64,000 bases of DNA from positions 13,494,784-13,558,783 of the forward strand of contig CM121341.1 in assembly GCA_051530055.1 (NCBI GenBank), in the 5' to 3' direction. Of this stretch, positions 48,660 to 60,925 are shown one piece after another. The position numbers and the translations under genes are program-made. Origin of the DNA: Neoechinorhynchus agilis. Its lineage: Eukaryota; Animalia; Acanthocephala. A model generated the notes under the pieces. It was not told the DNA's origin, searched no databases, and saw nothing but the letters and a program-made list of their open reading frames with translations. Position 1 is the first letter of the stretch; every line of letters begins with the position of its first letter.

Positions 48660-49470
48660 TGTGTCAAAATTATTATGTTGATAAAAAGGTGATTTTATTG
48701 GTAAAAGAATATACGCAATGTATATAATATTTCGACCTCAACGTGGGTCTTCTTCAGGTCTAAAAATAAGATATGGAGAAATTATGTAATCCTCATTTTG
48801 AGGATATGATCAGGCTTGTTGCCTTCTATTGTTTCGTTATTTTTAATATAGACCGCTTCAGTTATGATACGAGTGTATAGGTCGTCGCTACGGCCCAATA
48901 TTTTTGTGTCATTAAAATCGATTGAGTGTCTTGTGTTATCTACATGATTTACTATCGCAGAATTTTTATCTTTCCTCCTTAATGCGTATTTGTGCTCATA
49001 AGTTCTGCGAGCAACATTATTCGTTTGTCCTGTATAGGACTTGTTGCAGTCTGTGCAATAAAAATGACTCTGCAATCCAATGGAGCATAGATATGGAAAA
49101 GGAAAAATCTCTTCCATTTTTGGACGTACCTTCGAAACTAGTGTTTATAGAAAACCCAATACCCTTACCTATCCAGTCCCATGGATATCGGCACAACCCA
49201 TAAAATATAAAATTAGCAGAATGACAGCTCTTTTTAGACGAGCGGCAATGTACTGCTCGAACGAAATTTCTTTGAATAATGAAATTGAAGTTTTAAAAAT
49301 CCTTTTAAAAATAGTGGATATCCTCAGAAACAAATCACACGCTGCGTTCAATGCATGAGTTACTGGAATAGAAGATCAACACCGAGATCGGATGAGGAAA
49401 AACGATGCATAAACATCTCTTATGTATTGTGTATATTCTTTTACCAATAAAATCACCTTTTTATCAACAT
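48660..49470. mobile_element. Penelope-like element remnant: GIY-YIG on minus strand, RT thumb on plus strand, ~47-bp inverted ends
   Basis: CTDCNKSYTGQT..RRTYEH..SAIVNH..EAVYI (48782-49117, minus); LPFLDV and TSVYRKP..RA..YCS (49080-49358, plus); hammerhead-like core at 48726-48757. Confidence 0.85.
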
Positions 49471-49956
49471 ATTATGGGACAATCAATTTTTACAACCAAA
49501 ATTATTAAGCAAGATATTACTCGATATTAACGTACAAATTGCATCATGAAGTGAACTAATCCGAGGCGTTAATATTATTTTTAGGTTTTAACATGTCCGG
49601 AGCTTTGAATATTAGAGTTTAAATTTTTTACTTGGTTTATTCTAAGAAAGGTAAATAAATGATTGACAGCGCATTGGGTCGCTCTATTTTAAAGATGCCT
49701 TCAAACCTCATGATTTGAAAAGCGTTATCAAATATTGTACACTAAAGGTAGTGTTCAGAAACAGTATTGCTAAAATGTTCGAATAAGAGACCGTAATATT
49801 CAATGCGAAAACATAGATATGCATGCGAATATTGATTAATTTTTCAAAATAACGATTTTCCTGATTCGTCTCTTCGTACGTTTACAAATACGTCATGATG
49901 ATCAATACCCGAATTTTCGAAAATTAAAGTTATTCGGTTACATTTCTTTAGAGATG

Positions 49957-50685
49957 TTATGTTTGTTCGGCAACTTCCTTGATGGCCGCGGCATTGCCGC
50001 GTTGGATCGCCGCGCTGATTCGCTGCAACAGGAAGCTGCTGGATCGCATATCGCCGGTGGCATGTTTTAGCATCCCTCCCAGTCGTGAGAGGAAATAATC
50101 GGCTTCTTTTCCGAGACATCCCAGTGTTTCCACCGCAATCGGGATAAAAATATATTGATGCCCATCGAGCGAGGAGTACTTCTGCCGCTTCTTTTCCTCG
50201 CTGAAGCTGGCGACTGCTCCCGCCTTTGAGGTGGCATTCCGCAAGTGGGATGCTGCGAGCGTGTTGGGGCAGGTAAAATCCCAAACCAGTATTTTCCCGG
50301 AGCACCATGGGAGGAGAGTCGCTCCATCAGGGCGTTTACCGTCGTTCCGGGAGAGTCCAACTGGTTCGAGTCGAGCTGGAAAACCGGCCGTTGAGAGGGC
50401 TTCCTTGATTATGCGGTTGACTGCTGAGTGCCGTGCGTGGCGAGCAGTTGAACGCTTGCAGTCAATGCCGTGAGTTCCCGATCCGTTCACTGTCTCACCG
50501 CACCGACACGTATATGAGCCTGAGAATTCGATGCCCAACCGATGTCCCACAGCGACGGTGATGGCCTGATCATCCAGCCTCGTGCCAACAGATGTGATTG
50601 GGAAAGCCTTCAAGAAGTCGCTGGAGTGTGGAGCTCCGAGTAAAAGTATACCCGACTTTTCTTTAGCCAAAGGTTGAGGTTTCAT
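49957..50685 (-). mobile_element. 3' RLE domain of a second, GC-richer CRE-like family
   Basis: Open 242-aa frame: CRCG..GTHGIDC, RHARHSAVNRII, DGKRPDG..PW..G..LVWD.T and QRGNAAAI. Confidence 0.9.
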
Positions 50686-51042
50686 GAAGACATTGTCGCA
50701 TTTTGACGCTCGTGTTAAATGTTGTAATATTTTTTAGACTAAATAGTTACTTGATCAACACTTTCATACATCCATGCAAAAATCGTAGGTTCTCAAGTCT
50801 CTCTTATAACGACTTATCGCTAAAAATAACGACATTTTTCCAAAGTGTTTGATTTATACGAATTCAGTAGATCAATGCTTCATATCGCTCTTGTGGAGTT
50901 TAATCAATATTTCAAGAATGTAGCGTTCATCTTGAAATTTATCACCAAAAACAGTCAACGGCAGTTGGTGCATTCCCATTTTAATTTACAACATAATCGT
51001 GAAACATATGATTTCGTTCGTCTTTGGACAGTCAAAATCATC

Positions 51043-51273
51043 ATGAACAAGATCTTTTCCTTGCCTTTAATAGTAGTGTTCTGTGTTGTTTTATCCGAAT
51101 CCAGCAACAGATTTACTTATCAACCTTATTGGAAATATTTGGATGAAGAACGATGGATTAATCGTTATCTTTGCATTTACCCAGAAAATATCTTTAATGG
51201 GAAGCCACATTTCGGCTCAACGGAGTCGAGGAGAAATTATGCTAAAGGAGGTTATACAACTGGCAAATGCTGA
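51043..51273 (+). CDS. Small putative secreted protein (possibly a first exon)
   Basis: MNKIFSLPLIVVFCVVLSES resembles a signal peptide; no family recognised. Confidence 0.4.
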   Translation: MNKIFSLPLIVVFCVVLSESSNRFTYQPYWKYLDEERWINRYLCIYPENIFNGKPHFGSTESRRNYAKGGYTTGKC

Positions 51274-52653
51274 AATTCTGCATCTATTTACGTGATCTAA
51301 AAGAGTAGATGGCATTTCTCTGCACTGATAGCGGTATTCATATTGTTGTATGTCGTTAGTTCCAATTGAAATTCTTGTGATTTTTGTGGAACAAGATGCT
51401 AAATGCTGGTTGATTTAGAGAATTCCCATGGTATTTTGAGTTGGTACTATTTTGGGTTGCGATGAAGTATACTTCGATTTTAAAGATTCAGAAAATCAGC
51501 AATGCATGCCGAGCAGGTTTTAATTCGGTGTCCTGTGTAATTCAGTACAAGAAAAGTTTTGGCTCCGCATAATGTAAAGACGTCTAGGCGAGGTCGCGAA
51601 TTCGAATTTATTATATAAGTCAATATTAGATTTCTCAGTTGAGCATCTGAATTTATTCATCTAGATTAATACTCATTAAAGTTCGGAGGCGAAGTCAGTA
51701 CTCACGTTCTCTTTATCATTAAATGTGTTTATTCGCTCAAAAATTAAATAATTCATTATAAACTAAACTATTATATTAAAATCTAGCAAAATAAATGGGA
51801 TGTTTATAACGAATGGATCAAAAATTGTTCAACTTCTGTCGATGAATTCGGAATATTGGGAGTGACACAGCGAGATTGGCCTTGGGCATCCATGGGAGAT
51901 TATTGATGTCGATCGCTAATTTTAAAAGTAGATCTTTTCAGGTGGTGCGGAAAGGTAAAACAGAATCCTTTTTTCTGGTTAATAATTCGTGGATTCCTGT
52001 AGTGTCCGATCCGTCAAATCACAAAGGTATTCTAAATGGAACGCATCAAGAGCGTCGGAATTTTACTTTGTTTTTTAGACGAAACGTGAAGGTGAGAGAA
52101 AGTTCGAATTCGACTTTACTAGATTTCGACTTAGGTTGATTCATGCAAAATAGTGGATAAAATTAATACAGAAACAGTGAGTTTCTCTGCAGAAGTATTT
52201 AAAACTCGAAATAATATCAATGATGATCTAGATAAAAACAGTAAAATTTAAATGCAAAGTGAGTAAATCTTTCGATGAATTAAAATTGATAAATTCTGCT
52301 AAATCGATAGACTGTAAAATTCGAAACCAATGTTACCAAATGGCATAATAAAGTCTATTATGAAATACAACCTATTTAGATTAATATCATTAAATTGTTT
52401 GCATCGTACGCAGCGGGAAAACTCTTAAAATTCATGCGAGTTTAGTGCAATAAAGTTATGCAATTCATTGATTGGTTGCCTTGGCATGAAAACATATTCA
52501 AATAAAAAAATTAAAGGGAAAAACATTTATAGTTCTGATAATTATGGTCTACGAAAATCAATTGAAAAGCGTTTTTCACGGATCTCACAAATTTGAAGAT
52601 TTTAATTTAATGACGTTTAATCATAAAACTTTCATCACATAATTTTTTAGTGC

Positions 52654-53187
52654 CTAAACCTTTTGGCTCTTATGATCACGATTGTCCTTGGAAATGTGGT
52701 CTTGAATGTGATTTGGATGACCGTTAAAAAAGAATTTGCATGCCCATTTTCTTGGAATCACAACCTCTTGAGGAACTTCAAACCTCAACAAGTAACGCCA
52801 GTAATGTTGAAGATCACTGTGATATTTTTGGTAGTCCGAAGGGCTATAAGACTCATCCGGTACAATCCGCGGGGGCTGGTTTAGATCGATGGAGTAAAAC
52901 GCGCTACCAGGGCATCCTTTCCAAATAATATAATCCAAACGTAAGCATGGTTGTTTTCGGGTCGCATCATGATTAAATTGAAATTTGACGCATTGATCGC
53001 GATGGATTCTTAAAGGATGTCCACAAGGGTCAATGTTCATCGACTCATCGTCCAGACTTTCCGCTAAAACATTGTACTCATAACAATTATTAACCATTTT
53101 AAAATCAGAAAGTCGCCCTTTGGATTTCATGTGAATTGTAGGATCAATTGTCCATATGACCACGAGAAGTACGAAGAGCATTTTCAC
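52654..53187 (-). CDS. Putative secreted Cys-containing orphan protein, 177 aa
   Basis: Hydrophobic N-terminus MKMLFVLLVVIWT; six Cys; long ORF for AT-rich DNA; no family recognised. Confidence 0.55.
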   Translation of the reverse strand: MKMLFVLLVVIWTIDPTIHMKSKGRLSDFKMVNNCYEYNVLAESLDDESMNIDPCGHPLRIHRDQCVKFQFNHDATRKQPCLRLDYIIWKGCPGSAFYSIDLNQPPRIVPDESYSPSDYQKYHSDLQHYWRYLLRFEVPQEVVIPRKWACKFFFNGHPNHIQDHISKDNRDHKSQKV

Positions 53188-53559
53188 CTAGTAGAAACCT
53201 CGCGTTTGTCTTACTAAATAGGCCCAAATGTCATTTATTGAATACCTTTTCATGGTAGTTGCGTTTTTATTATGCTTAAGATGGAGAAAACCCCGAGTAT
53301 TTTCTATGAGTCGATGAAATCCCACGTTTGACATTGTCATAAAAACCTCGGATATGCACTTTACGAAAAAAGTTGAGTGTTCACGAAAACTTGACTCATA
53401 GAAAGCGCACGTTTTTTTGGGATTAAAAAATTACTAAAAGTGATATTAAGACTTCAAAACATTATTTGGGGCGTATTTAAAAAAAATTATTCGCTAGATA
53501 ACAAATGGTTCAGGATATTTGACACAACGAACAACTATCGATTTATTGAATTGGGAAAT

Positions 53560-54082
53560 ATTTCACAAGGAAGTCTCGCCACATCACTCATCTAAAATGA
53601 TTTCAGCTTAAGAGAAGGCGAAGCTTCCCCTTTAGAAATATCCCTCAATAAAATTTGTTTCATCCGGGGGTTATGATAGATAAAATTCTTTTGGGCTGAT
53701 ATTGCTGTGGTGATCATAATTCACCAGATAAAACAAATTTTATTGAGAAATAATTAACAAAGAAGACTCGCTTCATCAATCATCTAAAAAGGCTTCAGCT
53801 TCGGAGAAAGCGATGCTTCACCCTCTAGATATATCCCCAAAAAAATATTTTCTGTCCGGGGATTATGATCGCAACATCACTATTAGCCCAAGGGATTATA
53901 ATCTATCATAATCCCCGGATAAACAAATTTTATTGAGAGATATTTCTAAAGGGTGAAGCATCGCTATCTCCGAAGCTTAAACCTTTTTAGATTACTGATG
54001 AGGCGAGGCTTCCTATTGAAATATTTCTCAATAAAATTTGGTCTATCAGCTAGAATATGATCACCACATCACTATCAGCCCA
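53560..54082. mobile_element. Foldback-like modular repeat (~200-bp unit in tandem, then inverted)
   Basis: 53880-54082 is the reverse complement of about 53690-53870 plus parts of 53625-53700; 53561-53700 and 53757-53870 are direct repeats. Confidence 0.7.
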
Positions 54083-55958
54083 ATATGAGTTGTGCCAACA
54101 TTACTCAAACCTTCAACAACGATGTGAAGTCATTAAAAAAATTCCGATCGATTGGTTGTTCAATAATCTCACAAAGATTTACGACATGGTTTGTGCCAAC
54201 ATTACTCAAACCTTCAACAACGATGTGAAGTCATTAAAAAATTCCGATCGATTGGTTGTTCAATAATCTTATAAAGATCTACAATATGAGTTGTGCCAAC
54301 ATTACTCAAATCTTCAACCATGACGTGAAGTCATTTAAAAAATTCTGATCGATTGGCTGTTCAATAATCTCACAAAGATTTATAATATGGGTTGTGCCAA
54401 CATTACTCAAACCTTCAACAACGATGTGAAGTCATTAAAAAAATTCCGATCGATTGGTTGTTCAATAATCTTATAAAGATCTACAATATGAGTTGTGCTA
54501 ACATTACTCAAACCTTCAACAACGATGTGAAGTCATTAAAAAAATTCCGATCGATTGGTTGTTCAATAATCTTATAAAGATCTACAATATGAGTTGTGCC
54601 AACATTACTCAAACCTTCAACAACGATGTGAAGTCATTAAAAAATTCCGATCGATTGGTTGTTCAATAATCTCACAAAGATTTACGATATGAGTTGTGCC
54701 AACATTACTCAAATCTTCAACCATGACGTGAAGTCATTTAAAAATTCTGATCGATTGGTTGTTCAATAATCTCACAAAGATTTACGATATGAGTTGTGCC
54801 AACATTACTCAAACCTTCAACAACGATGTGAAGTCATTAAAAAATTCCGATCAATTGGTTGTTCAATAATCTTTATGATCGATTGATCGTTCAGTAATCT
54901 TATAAAGATCTACAATATGAGTTGTGCCAACATTACTCAAACCTTCAACCATGACGTGAAGTCATTTAAAAAATTCTGATCGATTGGCTGTTCAATAATC
55001 TCACAAAGATTTATAATATGGGTTGTGCCAACATTACTCAAACCTTCAACAACGATGTGAAGTCATTAAAAAAATTCCGATCGATTGGTTGTTCAATAAT
55101 CTTATAAAGATCTACAATATGAGTTGTGCTAACATTACTCAAACCTTCAACAACGATGTGAAGTCATTAAAAAAATTCCGATCGATTGGTTGTTCAATAA
55201 TCTTATAAAGATCTACAATATGAGTTGTGCCAACATTACTCAAACCTTCAACAACGATGTGAAGTCATTAAAAAATTCCGATCGATTGGTTGTTCAATAA
55301 TCTCACAAAGATTTACGATATGAGTTGTGCCAACATTACTCAAATCTTCAACCATGACGTGAAGTCATTTAAAAAATTCTGATCGATTGGTTGTTCAATA
55401 ATCTCACAAAGATTTACGATATGAGTTGTGCCAACATTACTCAAACCTTCAACAACGATGTGAAGTCATTAAAAAATTCCGATCAATTGGTTGTTCAATA
55501 ATCTTTATGATCGATTGATCGTTCAGTAATCTTATAAAGATCTACAATATGAGTTGTGCCAACATTACTCAAACCTTCAACAACGATGTGAAGTCATTAA
55601 AAAATTCCGATCCATTGGTTGTTCAATAATCTCACAAAGATTTACGATATGAGTTGTGCCAACATTACTCAAATCTTCAACCATGACGTGAAGTCATTTA
55701 AAAAATTCTGATCGATTGGTTGTTCAATAATCTCACAAAGATTTACGATATGAGTTGTGCCAACATTACTCAAACCTTCAACAACGATGTGAAGTCATTA
55801 AAAAATTCCGATCAATTGGTTGTTCAATAATCTTTATGATCGATTGATCGTTCAGTAATCTTATAAAGATCTACGATATGAGTTGTGCCAACATTACTCA
55901 AACCTTCAACCATGACGTGAAGTCATTTAAAAAATTCCGATCCATTGGTTGTTCAATA

Positions 55959-56375
55959 GAACCCAAGTGCGCAATCGTATGTGACGACACCGTGGGCGAA
56001 ACATTATTCGCGAGTCCACCCGGATCGAACAGTTCGGCTGTCCACGCGCATAATGTACAAAGCGCAGGATCCCGACGAACTGTCGATAGCGGAAGCGCCG
56101 ATCATCTCCCGAGAGACCCGGGATCGTGAGGACTCTAGCGGGCATCGGTCGGTCGGTAGAACACTCATTAACCAGAAGGATGAGTTGTCTGCCGTACTGA
56201 ATCTCCTGTGAACCTCCACTCCACTCCACTCGCATTGCAGATTACACCCTGAAGAAGCCGTTGGACGGCGAAAGCTAGGTGTTTGAATAAAATCTATCTT
56301 TCAGTCGGATTGTCTATCAAACAATCATCAATAGATAAAACATGCGGCTGAACAACCAAGCAGCGCTTAGTATTC
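55959..56375 (+). mobile_element. 5'-truncated Penelope-like 3' end inserted in the satellite, flanked by a 9-bp direct repeat
   Basis: KHY..VH...ELSIAEAPII..INQKDE resembles a GIY-YIG C-terminus; tgttcaata at 55950-55958 and 56376-56384. Confidence 0.7.
56244..56282 (+). ncRNA. Minimal type I hammerhead ribozyme motif
   Basis: ACACC CTGAAGA A GCCG TTGGA CGGC GAAA GCT A GGTGT: perfect stems I and II, conserved core, palindromic AGCT in place of stem III. Confidence 0.8.
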
Positions 56376-57040
56376 TGTTCAATAATCTTATAAAGATCTA
56401 CAATATGAGTTGTGCCAACCTTACTTATACCTTAATATTATCACCAATATCGTTCGATTTTTGAACAAAATTGTTTTCTTATCTATTCCCATAACAATGA
56501 CACAAATAAAGGCTTTTAAATAAAATATGATTTCTTGACTTAATTTTGCACGAACTCTCATATACGACGATGAAGCGAATTCCTCGACAAATCTTCCAAA
56601 GCAGGCCGGTAAAATAACTGACGGAATTTTTGTATAGAAACCGAATGACGTCGTGTGAAATTGCTTTTTTTAAATGTGCGCTTTAAAAGTGTGAATTCGA
56701 AAGAGTTCGATTATGTCGGAAACAAAAATATGTGTATTTTAGGGCAGCGTACTAACTTCAATTTTTTCTTCCTAATTGCTTCGTATTAGGTTTATTCGCG
56801 ATAATGGTATATTTTCTGCGACCGATATATATGAGGTTGGCCACTTTTGGGTCAGTGAATTCCATCGATTACGGCGAAATCATCATAGTTGGTGATTTTC
56901 AGGGTTTTTTATGATATTTATTTGAAACGTGCTATTTTAGAAGATCTGGAACATCGAATATCTATTTCTTATTTTTTGGAGATATTTTGACTAAGATTGA
57001 ATTGTTCATGTTTTTTACTGCGGAACTTTTCAAGTAATGG

Positions 57041-57160
57041 ATTTATTGAATTCGATATTTCGGCCTACAATCTTGTGCCTTTGAGGGAATAAAACACTTA
57101 AACAACCTTGATAAAGCCACAAGATTGTTTTCCGAAATATCGAATTCATTGAATAAATTA
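57041..57160. mobile_element. Palindromic short element, family C
   Basis: gaattcgatatttcgg..acaatcttgtg / cacaagattgt..ccgaaatatcgaattc; partial copies near 4450, 17275 and 30175. Confidence 0.7.
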
Positions 57161-57254
57161 CCGTCACGAAAAACACTCAGTAAATCGTTTCAGCATCCTT
57201 TTTAAACAAATAGCTACGATTTCTTTTCCCCCGCTTCTGCATATTGAATGTTTT

Positions 57255-57539
57255 CTATTTCTCAATTTTTCTTCTTGTTCCGTTGATGGGTTTTAAGTGA
57301 CTCTTTGGTAATCGCTTTCTTCTCCGAATTTTCAATTTTTTACCTATGAGTATTTTTATACCTCCAATTTTCACTAACTCCTTTTTATTGATTTTCCCTG
57401 CGTTTTCTGCCATCGTTTTTCTGAACATGCGATCATCGTACTTTAAGGCTCTTTCGAACACTCCTTGGTTTCTATTTATTAAAGAATGGTCACTTTCAAC
57501 GCTGTCTATTTATAAACACAAGCACCACAGAATACGCAT
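57255..57539 (-). CDS. Small Lys/Arg-rich protein, divergent from WDR75, with one predicted 30-nt GT-AG intron
   Basis: Open frame ...ERALKYDDRMFRK..KIRRRKRLPK; start inferred only. Confidence 0.35.
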
Positions 57540-57654
57540 TTTTATTCATTTTTAGAACACTACGGTTACTAAAACGATTTATTAAGTTGTTGTTCGATTT
57601 TTAAAAACGAACAATTAAAAATTTAAACCCGATTAAGAAAACTCATTTGAGATC

Positions 57655-59805
57655 ATGTACCAACTTGCCCGCTCGTTCAAAATTTCGAATAATTTAGCAC
57701 CCTGCAGCATTGGAACCGAATGGATAGCTCTGCCATGCGACGATGGCCTTTATTTATGGCAACATACAACCGAAAACCCAGGACGATTTGTGCCTTTCGG
57801 ACGCAATGACATTATGGGTTATGGAATTTCTTCTGATGGGACTTGTGTTCATTTTTGTACTGGAGGCGGTACAATATACTCACGAGCGATACAAATATCT
57901 GATAGTATTGAATGTAATGATGAAATTGATGAAGTCTTAAACGTAAAATGCACGGAATGTGTCGCGTACTTTTATCGCCATGGTATCGATTATTGTCTCA
58001 TGAAACGAAAAGATTTATTTGTATTTCTACGGTTGAGCTCTTCAAAGGAAGAAAATATACTGGAGACGAGTGATTGTCCAGAGAAAGTTGTTTTGGGATT
58101 CAAAGACGGCGAACTCGCGTTCACTTCGAAGCAAGGAACCTTTTTGTTTTACCAGAACTCAAACAAAGAGGTCTTTAGTGTTGATCTCAAAAGATCAAGA
58201 CTTTCCACGTCTCCAGTCACATGCTTCTGTATCCATCCAAACAGTCCACTAATAGCGCTAGGTACTTATGGTGGTGAAATCGTGCTTTTATCTGTCACTA
58301 AAGACGGTCATTGGGATTCATGTGGAAAGCTACGTTGGCATCGAAGCTCGATTGAAGGCGTCTCATTTTCAATCGCTGGCACGTATCTTTATACGTTCGC
58401 CGCAGAACCAACTCTGCTACGGTGGCGACTTATGGATACTTCGAATCGAGTTTCTGCGATAGAAGTGAGAAAAAGAATAAAATCTCATTTGATCCAGGTT
58501 AAACCCGGAACAGAAGTAGACGTGGTTCCTCGTTTGCCATCTCGATTACTATCTCTCACTATAATTCCTGATAATGGAGACGCTGTGTTTGTGACCGAAG
58601 GAAATGTCGTCGGTAAAGTGTCCATTCGAATGTCATTGAAACATTTTGCGCCTATTCCACAGATACCGACTCGGCGTCCTCTACAATTCCAATTCATCGA
58701 CCGCAAAGTGTATGCTACCGGTGTTCCTGAACTATCCACAATTCAAATCTTGTCTGTAGTGAAAAGTTGTCTTCAAAAAGTAGACACAATACTTACTGAG
58801 CCTTCCTATATTGATCTATCAGTTCATAAGCCTCATCACGTTGTTGTTGATACACGATTTTGCGTCGATAACTCTCAAAGACTTCTTGTATGGTATCAGT
58901 GTTGGCAACGATCGAGTATTGAGTTGAAGTTTTTCGATCTTAAATCTCTAAAGTGCGTAAAGACGTTTCGGTATCCGAGAAAGGAGGAAAAAATCACTGC
59001 TATGAATGTATTGAGCACTCGAAAGGCTGATGGGTTTGTGCTCTGGATCGGTTATGACAGTGGTGCCATCGAAACATGGTCACTCGATCTTGACACACTT
59101 ATTTTTGAGGTGGATGAAGTACGGAGATCGGGCCTTGGAGATGGACATGTTGTCCATTTCTCCTTTGGTCCATCACCTACCACCTTGATGGCACTTTCGA
59201 CCAACCAAATAATGTGCTTAAATGGATCATCCAATAATCTATTGAGTATAAGCGCTGACTGTGGAGAAATCAAAGCGATTTCAGTGGTCAGTGCGACAAA
59301 AGCGCTGGTCATTCGTTCGTACGTCGCGGAACTATTTCATATTCCATCTCAAACTGTGCTTTTCTCGCATCCGCTTGACAGTGTTCAATCCGTTGCATCT
59401 AATGGAAACACTGCTGGAATTGTTGGAAATGACGGACGGGTTTCAGTATTGAGAAGTGAGACGGACAAGTTCATCGAGACCCAAATCGCCAATATCGGGG
59501 ATAAGGATCAGTGCCACGTTTGCATTAACGATAATAACGATGTATGTCTGTTTGATGAGCACAATGGATTTCGTTTAATTGGACATGCCGAAGGCTGGGA
59601 ACATGAAAATGGATTTTACGTGCCCGATAAAACAAGAAATCAACTTGTTTACGAACGAATCGAAGAAATGGATGATGCTTATTATGGCGATCAAGAAGTA
59701 CGGCCCTTTGTTGTACCTAAAACGCGACAATGGCCGTCCGTGTATCTAATACCCAATCTCAACCAACTCTGCATGGACATTATGAGTGATCTATTGACCA
59801 ATTAG
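57655..59805 (+). CDS. WDR75: WD repeat protein 75 / Utp17-like (SSU processome), intronless, 716 aa
   Basis: LRWHRSSIEGVSFSIAGTYLYT..EPTLLRW and VVPRLPSRLLSLTI match the WDR75 HWH...LPRLG block; WD beta-propeller pattern. Confidence 0.75.
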   Translation: MYQLARSFKISNNLAPCSIGTEWIALPCDDGLYLWQHTTENPGRFVPFGRNDIMGYGISSDGTCVHFCTGGGTIYSRAIQISDSIECNDEIDEVLNVKCTECVAYFYRHGIDYCLMKRKDLFVFLRLSSSKEENILETSDCPEKVVLGFKDGELAFTSKQGTFLFYQNSNKEVFSVDLKRSRLSTSPVTCFCIHPNSPLIALGTYGGEIVLLSVTKDGHWDSCGKLRWHRSSIEGVSFSIAGTYLYTFAAEPTLLRWRLMDTSNRVSAIEVRKRIKSHLIQVKPGTEVDVVPRLPSRLLSLTIIPDNGDAVFVTEGNVVGKVSIRMSLKHFAPIPQIPTRRPLQFQFIDRKVYATGVPELSTIQILSVVKSCLQKVDTILTEPSYIDLSVHKPHHVVVDTRFCVDNSQRLLVWYQCWQRSSIELKFFDLKSLKCVKTFRYPRKEEKITAMNVLSTRKADGFVLWIGYDSGAIETWSLDLDTLIFEVDEVRRSGLGDGHVVHFSFGPSPTTLMALSTNQIMCLNGSSNNLLSISADCGEIKAISVVSATKALVIRSYVAELFHIPSQTVLFSHPLDSVQSVASNGNTAGIVGNDGRVSVLRSETDKFIETQIANIGDKDQCHVCINDNNDVCLFDEHNGFRLIGHAEGWEHENGFYVPDKTRNQLVYERIEEMDDAYYGDQEVRPFVVPKTRQWPSVYLIPNLNQLCMDIMSDLLTN

Positions 59806-60589
59806 CCATTTAACCCTTGTCTATAGAGCTTTGTTTTGTTCCTGTTCATGTCTCGAATTTTCTATAGGTTTACTTTAAGTACTCCGCTTAAGATGGCCTT
59901 GTTTTCTTGGCAACTATAGATGCTTCAGCTCGCGTAAGAAAAGAAGTGGAAACCAAACTTTAATGATACGAGTCATCTAAAACATTTTGACGCGCGCAAT
60001 CTGAAATTATTGATTAGAAACTCAAAAACGAATCGCGATTTGTAAACCTATTGGACTTGGAACGGTTCTGGCGATTCCGATGCGTTCGGAGGCTTCGGCT
60101 TCATTCCTTCTGAAGTTATTTTAACTTTAATTTTTTTACCTTTGGAGAAACAGTATCTTTGATAGGTTTAAGGGTATTTTTGAAAATCTTAAAATCACTC
60201 TCGTTGTTCTCAAATTAATAGCGAAATTTGTGTGTCTGTACCACGTCTCGACATCTAAAAATTGATCTAATTACACTTTCTGAGACGTAAATATTGAAAA
60301 TTTGCGTTCCTATAGACCGTACTCTCAATGGTCATTTACTTCAATGGTATGAAGACTTAGTGCACTCTTTCGAGACGGCTTGCTCTTTGTAGTATACGAT
60401 ATAGAGCCGCATTATTTGACATTAATTCTGAAAATTAATTGTTTTTTCATCGCTAAATTTTAATCTTTTTCTTTTTCCTCGAATTCGAACGGCGATCGAT
60501 TTAAAACAACTTTGTTTTTCACACTTAATCTCTTCAATTTGCTCCCTGATTGTTTTCAAATTTATTACCTTCAGAATCTCGGAGCAGAA

Positions 60590-60925
60590 ATCATTCACGC
60601 CACCGCTTTGGATTACTCAACTGCCTTAGTGGTGTAACGGTCGAAAGGACGGATGCAGCTTTCCCTGGTTGCACAGTCAGACTTATGTTTTGTAGGAGGG
60701 ATGCTCCTGATCTCGGATCGCCAGTGATTCGTTTCAATCTCTTAGACAATTCCTTGACTAGGTCTTGCGGCACCGTACCAAACGACCCAAGCGTCCCGAC
60801 ACCAAAGGGAACAAAATAATGATTTCGACTCAGGTCCCTGTATTTTGTCCTTTTGCGTTCCTCAGCGGCGGTTGCTGCTCCCCCTCCGATTTAACAGTGG
60901 CGAATTTTATGTTGCTCGCTGCGAA
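60590..60925 (-). mobile_element. 3' fragment of the CRE-like family
   Basis: Reverse complement of about 6915-7245. Confidence 0.8.

Larger units (their letters stand above)
54083..56420. repeat. Satellite, ~101-bp monomer, about 18 copies, interrupted at 55959-56375
   Basis: atatgagttgtgccaacattactcaaaccttcaac...tggttgttcaataatct...aaagat repeated head to tail; identical ORFs 631 bp apart. Confidence 0.95.

Noticed and set aside
54083-55958. Regular repeats that might be taken for a CRISPR array
   Set aside because: Whole monomers repeat with no unique spacers, there are no cas genes, and the context is eukaryotic.
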